From NCBI GenBank assembly GCA_918797485.1, contig CAKKNE010000002.1, positions 3,348,001 through 3,412,000 on the forward strand: a stretch of 64,000 nucleotides of DNA, in the 5' to 3' direction. The stretch comes from Pelagomonas calceolata (lineage: Eukaryota). The notes under the pieces were generated by a model that was not told where the DNA came from, made no database searches, and was given only the letters and a program-made list of their open reading frames with translations. A program made the position numbers and the translations under genes. Each line of letters starts with the position of its first letter. Position 1 is the first letter of the stretch. Below are positions 8,954 to 17,659 of the stretch, one piece after another.

Positions 8954-11440
8954 ATGGGCCCGCTCACGCCGCGCAACCCGCGCCTCCGCACGAAGTACCC
9001 GTACAACGACATGGTCTGGAAGAAGCTCGACCCGGACACGAAGGGCTTCGCGGAGATCAAGCAGGTCATAAAATATGCGGACGACGTCGAGATGTGCTGC
9101 CCGGGGTTAGTAGATAGGTTCCAAGAGGTCGCGAAGAACGGCAAGCTCACGAAGGACGCCTTCGATAATTATGGGAAGCCGACGGACCGCGCGAAGCATC
9201 GCGCCAAGCGGGCGAAGCGGCACGACCTCGGGGAGCTGCGGCAGCTCTTCGACACGATCGTGAAGGCCGGCGAGAAGGATATTAAATTGGCGGACCTCGT
9301 GCGGCACAAGCGCGAGGTGAACCGGATCTGTCCGGAGTTGATTACGGAGTTTAGTGACATCGACCAGGACAATAGTTGCAGCGTGAGCTGGGATGAATTA
9401 AGGGTCTTCGCCGGCGGCACGGACGACTGGCTCAAGTTCCAGTTGCAGAACATCATCGGGCTCGACGGGCTGAAGGACCAGATCCACCAGTTCCACCAGT
9501 CTATTAGTCTGGACAAGAAGAGGCAAGCTGCAGGCTTCGACGTGAAAGACGCGGGCGGCAAGTACCACATGATCTTCCAGGGGAACCCCGGGACGGGGAA
9601 AACGACCATGGGGCGCGTCGTGGCGGCGTTGCTCAAGCGCATAGGCATCACGCAGAGCGATCTGTTGGTGGAAGTGCAGCGGGATCAATTGGTAGCGGGA
9701 TACGTCGGCCAAACGGCCCCGAAGACGCAGGAGAAGATCGACGAGGCCTGTGCTGGGGTGCTTTTTGTGGATGAGGCGTACCGGCTGTCGCATGCTGTGT
9801 GGAAATCAAATTGTCGCGGCGCGTCTCCGCCACTGCTGAATCATGACCTTACGCCATCGACGCGACGCCACCTCAATGGCGTGGCGGTGTGGGTCTTACA
9901 CGACTCGATTCAGTCATCAGGACAGCGTCGTCGCCGAGAAATGACTTAGTGAAGAATTATGTGCACCCGACTCACTGGTTGATTTACCCACAGGTCGCAA
10001 GGTAGTAAATCGGGCAGCGACTACGGCAAGGAAGCTATTGAAACGCTCATGGGCGCGATGACCGAGCCGCCGGGCAAGGCGCCCGTCATGGTCTTCGCGG
10101 GCTATCCGAATGATATGGCTTCGTTCATGCAGGCGACTATGTGGAAATCAAATTTCGGGCGCCCCGCGCCATCGACGCAACGTGCTTTCCGTAGCTGCGT
10201 CTGCGCAATGGCGTGGCGATTCCGCGCCATCGACGCGACATTGTCCCCGTGGCCACGTCGGCTCGATGGCGTGGAGGCGCACAAAGGTCCACGCAATATT
10301 TCTCAGATAACCTAACTCACTGGTTGATTTCCACACAGGCAGGCGAATTCCGGGCTGTATCGACGCATCGCGTACACGTTCGACTTCGAGGACTACACGC
10401 CGTTAGATCTGGCGAAGATCCTGGGGAAGATGGCCCAGGGGAAGGGCTTCGGGCTGTCTGCCGACTTGACGTCAAACAATTTCGAGGTTTTGAGTAGGAT
10501 GATCGAGGAGGGCACGCTGCCCGAGGCGCGGGCCCTTATGAACGGCGGCATCTGCGAGCGCATCTTCACCTTCGCGAAACAATCATTGGATGGGCGGTGC
10601 CAGGCTTCCGGACAAGTAAGCGTGGAGATAACGGCGGAGGACATCACGATGGCAATGACACGCATCCCGCCGCCGCCGCGGCGCGACGACGGCGGCGACG
10701 ACGACGACGGCGGCGGCGGTGGTGGTGGCGGCGGCGGCGACGAGCGGCTGCGCCTCGAGCTGACGAACGTGAAGCAGCAGCTGATCCTCGTCAAACAGCA
10801 GCTGCGGACGGCGCGGGCCGACAGCAGCCGGTTGCGTGGCGAGCTGGACCGGACCAAGGCCCTCCTGGCCAGCCGTCCGGCCGCCCCGCCGCCCGCGGCC
10901 AGGGGCCCACAGGCTCCGCAGGCCCCGCAGGCCCCGCCCGCGAACCAGGCCCCTCCGGCGGGCGCGGGTCATGCCGCGGCGCGGGCGGGCGTGCCGGCCG
11001 GGGGCACGTGGCAAGTGCTCCTAGAGAGCGGCTGGGCGACGATCGACGCCGCCGGGCAGCACATCATGAACGGCGCCGTCGCGGCCGGGCAGACGAGCAT
11101 ACGGGACAAGATCGCCGGCCGCGAGTATTTTATCGACTTCGTCGCGAAGAAGCAGACGAACTGCCGGACCGGCAAGGCGCGGGACATCCGGTGCGCGCCC
11201 GCCGGCTCGGCGGTGCCGGCCTCCAAGCCGTCGGAAGCCGGCGGGATTTGGCAGGTGCTCTTGAACGACGGCTGGAAGGTCATGGACGCGCCGACGTCCG
11301 CCACGCTGAGCCAGGCGGCGAAGGCGGGGCAGACTACCGTCCAGCTCCGCCAGCGGGGCTACGACTACACCGTCGATCTCGCGGCCCTCACGCAGACGAA
11401 TCTGGCGACAAAAGCGGTACGGCAGATCAAGTTTGTCTAA
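8954..11440 (+). CDS. EF-hand + CbbX/SpoVK-like AAA+ ATPase + coiled coil + tandem WWE protein. Exons 8954-9786, 9994-10128, 10339-11440 (689 aa)
   Basis: EF-hand DQDNSCSVSWDE; HMIFQGNPGTGKTT Walker A; LVAGYVGQTAPKT; GVLFVDEAY Walker B. After removing two introners the frame reads DEAYRLSQGSKSGSDYGKEAIETL...VFAGY...FMQANSGLYRRIAYTFDFEDY. Two WWE-like repeats at the C-terminus. Confidence 0.88.
9795..9993 (+). mobile_element. Introner element 1 (non-autonomous TIR transposon forming intron 9787-9993, GT-AG)
   Basis: TIRs CTGTGTGGAAATCA (9795-9808) and TGATTTACCCACAG (9980-9993), 12/14 match. 8-bp TSD GTCGCATG / GTCGCAAG. Removal restores the AAA+ frame. Confidence 0.92.
10137..10338 (+). mobile_element. 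Introner element 2 (intron 10129-10338, GC-AG)
   Basis: TIRs CTATGTGGAAATCA (10137-10150) and TGATTTCCACACAG (10325-10338). Perfect 8-bp TSD GCAGGCGA at 10129-10136 and 10339-10346. Removal restores the frame. Confidence 0.93.
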
Positions 11441-11469
11441 GAATTGGAAAAAATAAAATAAGAACAACA

Positions 11470-12600
11470 TTACCGGAACGCGAAGCCGAACCCGGGCGAC
11501 GGCGGCGGCCGCCGCCGCGCCGTCTTCCACTCGCCCGCGGCCGCCCGGCGCGCGACGCGGTCGCCGCTGCCCGCGTTTGATGAAGACGGCGCCGACGGGG
11601 GCAGCCCCAGAATCCGCTCGAGCTCGCGCCGCCGGTCCTCGTCGAGGTCCAGCGCGTCGGGGAACTCGACCTGGACCCGCAGGAAGAGCCGCCCGCGCTT
11701 CCCCGGCGCGCCGCGCACGGGCATGCCCTCGCCCTCGACGCAGCGCAGCGCGCCGTGCTTCAATACATCGCCCTCCCGCGCCAGCTTCACGCGGAACGTC
11801 GACCCGTCGGGCCGCGCGACCTCGACCGACGGCCCCCCTCCTAATGCGTCGCCGAGGCTGATCCGCGCGTCCAGCAACAGATCGGCGCCCCGTCTTTTGT
11901 ACAAAGCGTGGGGCGCCTCGCGCAGCTCGAACTGGACGACGGCGTCGCCCGCCCTTGCTTTGACGACGTCGCCCTCGCCGACGCCCGGCGCGAGCTTGAC
12001 GCGGCACCTGACATTATTCTCGAGCGCCACGGACAGCGTCCGCCCCGTGAAGCAGTCGTCCAGCGACACGGTGATGGCGAAGCGCCGCGGCTGGGGCCGC
12101 CCGAAGCCGCCCATGCCGCCGAACGCGTCGCCGAAGGCGCTCCCGAAGCCCCCGAACATCTGCTCGAACATCTGCTGGGCCTGGGCGTTATTTCCACCTT
12201 GTGAAAATCCAGCGAAGGGGTTGCCCTGCGGCATGCCGCCCGGTGCACCGTCGACGCCGGCCTTGCCGAAGCGATCGTACTGCTTCCGCTTCGCCGGGTC
12301 GCTCAGCACCTCGCGCGCCTCGTTGAGCTTCTTGAACTCCTCGGGGTCGCCGCCCTTGTCCGGGTGGCACCGCAGCGACTTCCGCCGGTAGGCCTTGTCG
12401 ACGTCGCGCTGCGTGCACTTCGGGTCGAGACCGAGCGCGGCGTAGTAGCCGCCGTCGTCGCGCGCGCCGCCTCGTGGGATCTGCAGTGCTCGCCCTGGCC
12501 GCGTGGCGCCGCCTCGTGGGATCTGCAGTGGCCGCGTGGCCCTAGGCACGAGCGCCGCGACGCACGCGAGCAGCGCTGCGAGCCGCCGTAGCAGCAGCAT
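11470..12600 (-). CDS. Type II DnaJ/Hsp40 co-chaperone with signal peptide
   Basis: J-domain (YYAALG...HPDKGGD...AREVLSDPAKRKQYD), G/F-rich linker, C-terminal GEGMP...GRLF; hydrophobic N-terminal leader. Confidence 0.9.
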   Translation of the reverse strand: MLLLRRLAALLACVAALVPRATRPLQIPRGGATRPGRALQIPRGGARDDGGYYAALGLDPKCTQRDVDKAYRRKSLRCHPDKGGDPEEFKKLNEAREVLSDPAKRKQYDRFGKAGVDGAPGGMPQGNPFAGFSQGGNNAQAQQMFEQMFGGFGSAFGDAFGGMGGFGRPQPRRFAITVSLDDCFTGRTLSVALENNVRCRVKLAPGVGEGDVVKARAGDAVVQFELREAPHALYKRRGADLLLDARISLGDALGGGPSVEVARPDGSTFRVKLAREGDVLKHGALRCVEGEGMPVRGAPGKRGRLFLRVQVEFPDALDLDEDRRRELERILGLPPSAPSSSNAGSGDRVARRAAAGEWKTARRRPPPSPGFGFAFR

Positions 12601-12802
12601 GGTTGCTCAAGGACGGCGTGAAGCCGTCGCGACGTTTTGCAACGCGGTCTAGGGCGTGGTGTCGCACGCAGTCGCGTGTCAGTACCAGCTTTAGTTGTCC
12701 GTGCGGCCAAAGCTGCGCCGCGTGTCGTCCAATTTGCAATGGCATAATCACTAGCGACCGGTGAGACACTAGCAACGCAGCGAGTCCTAGCAAGCCCCTT
12801 AC

Positions 12803-13453
12803 TCACGCGTCGTTGACCGTGGCCTCGTCGTCGTCGGCCACGAGCAGTCGGAGGGGAGGCGGCAGCTCGACGTCCGCGTACGCGCGCGCCGCGGCGTAGA
12901 GCTTGAAGAGGCGGCAGGACGCGTGCACGCGCACCTGGACGCACGCGTAGTAGTCCGCGCCGAAGCAGCGCCGCGTCAGCTCCGCGAGCGGCACGGCGAC
13001 GTACTGCCAGCCCTCGCCGACGACGAGCGGCAGGTCGCACGTGCAGCCGTCGACCTTGACGATGGAGCGGCGGTTCGAGAGGTTGAAGGTGTAGTACTTC
13101 TCGTTCCGATCGATCACGTTCAGGCGCAGCGCGAAGAACTTTGTGGAGACCTTGACGTATAATACAATATAGGGCTGGACGCAGCTCCGGCTCCGGAAAT
13201 TTAGGGAGGCGCCGGGCCCGCTCAGTTCGACGCAGGCCTGGTCCTGGAGCTGCTCGTCCTCTATGATCACACACGCGCCCGTCGGCGCGCCGGCGCGCCG
13301 TCTTTGCTCAAGATCGTCCTGGGCCGCGATGACCTCGGCGCAGTTGTCGATGTCCTCGTAGACGCCGCGCGGGAAGAGCGGCGTCACGTCGACGGGCGCC
13401 GGGTCGGCCGGCGTCCGCGCGGGGCTGCCCTGGGGGCTCTGGGTGGCCAGCAT
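12803..13453 (-). CDS. CFAP20/BUG22-like (DUF667) cilia-associated protein
   Basis: FNLSNRRS...DLPLVVGEGWQYVAVPLAELTRRCFGADY...VQVRVHASCRLFKLY...YADVELPPPLRL matches the CFAP20 family pattern. Confidence 0.8.
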   Translation of the reverse strand: MLATQSPQGSPARTPADPAPVDVTPLFPRGVYEDIDNCAEVIAAQDDLEQRRRAGAPTGACVIIEDEQLQDQACVELSGPGASLNFRSRSCVQPYIVLYVKVSTKFFALRLNVIDRNEKYYTFNLSNRRSIVKVDGCTCDLPLVVGEGWQYVAVPLAELTRRCFGADYYACVQVRVHASCRLFKLYAAARAYADVELPPPLRLLVADDDEATVNDA

Positions 13454-13980
13454 CTGCGTTAGGGCTGCCCCGCGGGAGTTCTTGCCCGCTAACGGGCGGG
13501 AGAGGCGGAGGTCCTACGTTAACCCACAACGCTTGGGACGCTGTCGATGCCAAAAAACGCCGTCAATAGCGTGGCGCTAAGCGGCGTTGCCACGCGTTGG
13601 TCCAAGCTAGCGGCCGTAAGGCACTAGGAATCTCAGCTGAGCCGCAAAGGTGTAAGTAGCGCAAGCGTAACTGCACGCATCGCTCGCAAGCAAACGACGC
13701 TGTCGCCGCAGCGCTTGCCGGACCGTGTGGCTGAAACACTGCCTGCACCACTGCATCCTGTGCCTCGCCGTGTCCGCAGTAGTAGTCGCGCACGCGCCGT
13801 CCGGGGATTAGAAACTAGCAACTGTGTCAGGATTCGGAGCCAAGTCGGACCTAAGAGACCCGGCGCCGGCCGTGGCGAGAATTTGCTTCCGCCGTTTCTG
13901 AGGACGAGAGCCGGCGCAGCGCCGCACGAAACGCCCGCAGCAAGCGGTGCGTCACCTCTCGAAACGCGCAGGTCCGACGC

Positions 13981-14571
13981 ATGGCGGCCGCCGCGGCGCG
14001 GCTCCGCAAGGGCGCGCTCCTCGACGCCGCGCGGCGCGCGCTCCGCGAGCCCTCGCTCGTCGCCGTCGGCGCGCTGCTCAAGGCCGACGTGCCGGCCGTG
14101 CGCGCGGCGCGCGACGCCTACCGCGCGCGCGGCATCCGGGTGAAGAAGCTGCCGAACCGGCTGTGTCGGCTGGCCGTCGCGGACACGGACCGCGCCTTCC
14201 TCGCCGGGCTGTTCGCCGGCGATCTGGTCGTGCTCCACCCCACCGAGGCGTCGTCGGACGCGGGCGCCCAGGCGCGGGACCTGCTCGCGGCGACGAAGGA
14301 CGCCGGCAACGTCAAGCTCCTGGGCGGCGCGCTCGACGGCGCGGCGCTCTACGCGGCGGACTTCGAGCGGCTCCGCGACGCGCCGTCCCTGCACGAGCTG
14401 CGCGCTTCCGTCGCGCGGGCCGTCCGCGAGCCGGCGGCGCGGGCGGCGCGCGCGCTCCGGCAACCCTCCGTCTCGACGGGGCGTCTGGCCAAGGCGCAGG
14501 CGGCGAAGGTCGGGCGCGGCGTGCGGGCGCGTTTTGACGGGCTCGGCGGGGACGACGGGAGTGGTGGCTAA
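13981..14571 (+). CDS. Organellar ribosomal protein uL10-like
   Basis: VKKLPNRL...LFAGD...VKLLGGALDGAALYAADFERLRDAPSLHELRASV is typical of bacterial-type L10. Start uncertain. Confidence 0.7.
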   Translation: MAAAAARLRKGALLDAARRALREPSLVAVGALLKADVPAVRAARDAYRARGIRVKKLPNRLCRLAVADTDRAFLAGLFAGDLVVLHPTEASSDAGAQARDLLAATKDAGNVKLLGGALDGAALYAADFERLRDAPSLHELRASVARAVREPAARAARALRQPSVSTGRLAKAQAAKVGRGVRARFDGLGGDDGSGG

Positions 14572-14599
14572 TAGAGAACACATTTAACGAAGGGGATAG

Positions 14600-16077
14600 C
14601 TAGAGCGCGTCCGCCGTGAACGCGTTGATCATGCGCAGCGCGGCCGCGGGCTGGTCCATCGGCACCATGTGGCCCGCGTCGAGGACGCGCAGGAAGCTGA
14701 GCGGGCCGCTCGTGCGCAGCTCGCCGGCCTTCTTGGCCCCGGCGGGCCAGTCGGCGACGGCCGCGGCGCGGAACGCACCCTGGCCGGGCCACGGCAGGGC
14801 CAGGGTCCAGGCCTGGTTGCCGAGCCAGTTGCATATGTAGTCCTGGTCGCCCGCGTAGATCAGAATGCGCACGCCCGCGCCCAGTAGTTCCGGCAGGAGC
14901 TGCTGGTAGTTCTTGATGTAGTCGCCGGACAGCTCGAAGCGGATCGTCACGCTCTTCGAGCAGTCGGCCCAGCGGCCCTTCACGCCCAGGGCCGCGCGCA
15001 CGTCGTCGCGCTGCAGGTACTTCTTCACGTTGGAGAAGTCGTAGCAGAGCGGCGGCACCGCGCACTTGGCGCGCATGTCGTAGGGATTCATGCCCGTGAG
15101 CGTGTAGGGGATCTCGAGCGACATCTCGCAGAGCTCCAGCGCCGGTAAGCACGTGGCGGTCGTGTTCTGGCACGCGCGGATGCCGGCGATGCACGCAGGC
15201 GTCGCGGCGGCCATCACGGCGTGCTCCGCCTTGCCGACGGCGGCCTTGTGGCCGTTCGTGCTTATGATCATGTCCTTGTAGTACGCGAACCTGTGTGGAA
15301 ATCAAAATTTTACGGCGCGTTCGTGCTGAATCATCGCGTCGTCCTCCACGCCATCGACGCGACGCCTGCTCGATGGTTCCTCACCGCTCGACCGAGCCAG
15401 GACGGCCGCGTCATCGCCGAGAAATGACTTAGTGAAGAATTGTCGGGTGCACCCGACGCACTGGTTGATTTCCACACAGACGAGAACTGTATCTCAGGGT
15501 CCGTCAAGCCGTTGCCGATGGCCAGGCCCTTCAGGTTCTTTCGGAGCGTGCCGTTGCGGAAGAGACCCGAGGAAACCGCCGGCACGTAGTGGCCCGCGTA
15601 GGACTCGCCCGTGACGTAGAGGTCGTGATTGCTGAACTTGCCGTGAATCCGGAACCACTGGACGAGAAAATCGACCATGTCCCGGGCGACGCCGGCCTCG
15701 GTCGAGTCCTTGGCGCCGTAGGAGAAGCCCGTGCCGGCGGGCTGGTCCACGTAGATGAGCGTCGCGTTGCGATTCCACGAGTAGGGGTTCAGCTTCGTGG
15801 CCGTGCCGTCCGCGTTGACTTTGCACGGGCCGTTCTCTCCGAAAAGAGCCACCGCCGACGAGCAGCCCGGCCCGCCCGTCATCCACAGGATCACGGGGTC
15901 CGTGGCCGGGTCGTTGCGGGACTCGAAGGCCCAGTAAAAAAGATGTTTCGCGCCCGTCGACAGATCAATATAGCCGCTGGACTGCTTGACGCCGGGGTCG
16001 CAGAGGCCGGCGGCCTGCGGCTTGTTGAACGCGGCCGCGCCGTGCGCCAGGCAGAGGAGTGCGGCGAGGCTGCGCAT
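14600..16077 (-). CDS. Serine carboxypeptidase (peptidase S10). Exons 16077-15488 and 15290-14600 (426 aa)
   Basis: Signal peptide; WMTGGPGCSS, ENGP, DQPAGTGFSY, GESYAGHY (catalytic Ser), GDQDYICN, AGHMVPMDQP. Joined across an introner as DPEIQFAYYKDM. Confidence 0.93.
15291..15479 (+). mobile_element. Introner element 3, antisense to its host gene (intron 15487-15291 on the minus strand, GT-AG)
   Basis: Perfect 14-bp TIRs CTGTGTGGAAATCA (15291-15304) and TGATTTCCACACAG (15466-15479). TSD ACGCGAAC / ACGAGAAC. Shares GCCGAGAAATGACTTAGTGAAGAATT and CACTGGTTGATTT with element 1. Confidence 0.93.
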
Positions 16078-16393
16078 TGCTTTTATGCTTGCGGTAAACT
16101 TGCTCTGCGTCTTATACATTACAGCTTTTGCTGCCTCGTTTCACGTCTCTCTTGCTTGCTAGTGTCTTACAAACCGCTAGCTATTAAAGTCCCAACGTCT
16201 GCGGTGGACGCCGTGAGGCGCTGCTGCGCTGCTACGCGCGTTTCTACGCGCTTGCGCAGCGCCGCAGCAACCGCTGAGCACAGCTATACCAGCCTGCGCG
16301 GCCGCCGCGCGCCGCTTCGCCATAGAGCTTGAGCAAATTTATAAGCTTACTTCATCCCGCCTGGCGAGTTTAGCGCCGAGCCACCACCAAAGC

Positions 16394-16882
16394 ATGCCGA
16401 CTCAAGGCCCGTCGCCGCCGCAAGGACAGGCGACCGGGTGGTGGCCCATGCCTTTCAGTTTTGAGACGTTCGCCTGGGCCGTCTCTGCGCTTTTTCAACT
16501 CCTGACCGTCTGCGCATACCTCCTTTCGTTCCCCGACGTCGACGGCGTCGACGACCAGCTTCCGGACATGCCGGAAGTCATCCAGGACAGCGCCATCGAG
16601 ATGAAAATCACGTACAGTGGTATCATCTTCGTCTTCGGCTTCTACACGCAGGTCGTCGTCGTAAAGCAGCGTTGGAATTGGTGGAGAAAGAAGATGGAGG
16701 AGCACAAGTTCTCGAGCTGCGGATCATCATTTAATGACCACAAACCACCACACCCTTATTTCAACCGGCACCACACCCTTATTTCAACCGACCTGGACGT
16801 GCCACCGCGCAACTGGGACAAGGCATCCCCTAAGATGGCGAAGAATTTCGGCAGACCACTTCGTTCACGTGCGGCGCAATGA
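16394..16882 (+). CDS. Hypothetical protein with two hydrophobic segments
   Basis: ATG ORF ~215 bp downstream of an intergenic motif copy. No family recognised; 3' part contains a 23-bp tandem duplication. Confidence 0.35.
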   Translation: MPTQGPSPPQGQATGWWPMPFSFETFAWAVSALFQLLTVCAYLLSFPDVDGVDDQLPDMPEVIQDSAIEMKITYSGIIFVFGFYTQVVVVKQRWNWWRKKMEEHKFSSCGSSFNDHKPPHPYFNRHHTLISTDLDVPPRNWDKASPKMAKNFGRPLRSRAAQ

Positions 16883-17134
16883 CGCCATCTACGACTGGCA
16901 ATCGCTCGCGGGCGGGCTCGACATAACAGGCATCATCGACGAGTCGTTTGCTACCTTAGATGACGATACGGCTGCTTTGTGTCGCGCCGGTCGCTTCGGT
17001 GCTGCTGGCGAGACGACGTTCGTGCTAGAGAACAGTACAGTGCTGCAGTTCACAGCCCCTGATCCATGCCTCAAGGCCTTATTTGCTGCTAGCGAAAGGC
17101 GAAGGCGTGGTGGCGTCGACGCGTCGAGGCGTCG

Positions 17135-17536
17135 ATGGCGTACGCGTCGACGCCATCGACGGCGTCGTGCTGCGGGCGCGAGGGCGGCTTCGGGAGGCTC
17201 GTGATCGACCCCTGGCCGGGCCTCGGCGAGGAGCCGCACGGGAGCCCCCTGATGGCCATCAACGACTGTCGCGCGAACCCGTTCCTCAATTTGACAAGGA
17301 AATATGAGTTGGAGAACTGCGCCTTCGTCAACGCGTACGTGCGGGGCTTCGCGCACGTCTTCGTCGTCGCCACGCGCGACATCGTCGCCGGCCAGGAGCT
17401 CCTGATCGACTACAAGGAGAGCTACTGGAAAGAGCGGGCCGTCATGGAGCGCTACATGGGGCCGTTCCGCGCGGCGCACCAGCCCGTGGAGCTCGACCGG
17501 CTCCGCGCCGCGCTCGTGCAGCGGCGCGGCGAGTAA
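17135..17536 (+). pseudogene. SET-domain C-terminal fragment (5' part missing or disrupted)
   Basis: AINDCR...ENCAF...VFVVATRDIVAGQELLIDY...YW is a SET-domain C-terminal motif. No in-frame N-terminal half seen. Confidence 0.5.
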
Positions 17537-17659
17537 CCCACAGGTGTTAGGGGCGAGGGCAGGGCAAGGGGGTTCCCCGCCTCGGACGGCTGCGAGGCTC
17601 CGCGCCGCGCTCGTCCAGCGCCGGGGTAACTCACAGTAGCTTAGGCGGGAGGGGTCACC

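Noticed and set aside
8906..10315. ORF-track C-termini ...LSHAVWKSNCRG... (to 9949) and ...ATMWKSNFGRP... (to 10315) as real protein ends
   Set aside because: The WKS peptides are translations of the introner TIR; the real frame continues after splicing.
8954..11440. Calling the AAA+ gene the Rubisco activase cbbX
   Set aside because: No plastid-targeting leader, and extra EF-hand/WWE domains; only family-level similarity is supported.
15221..15487. ORF tails containing VWKST/VWKSK and the MISTQ start of ORF 14568-15305
   Set aside because: They are translations of introner 3 TIRs, not independent genes.
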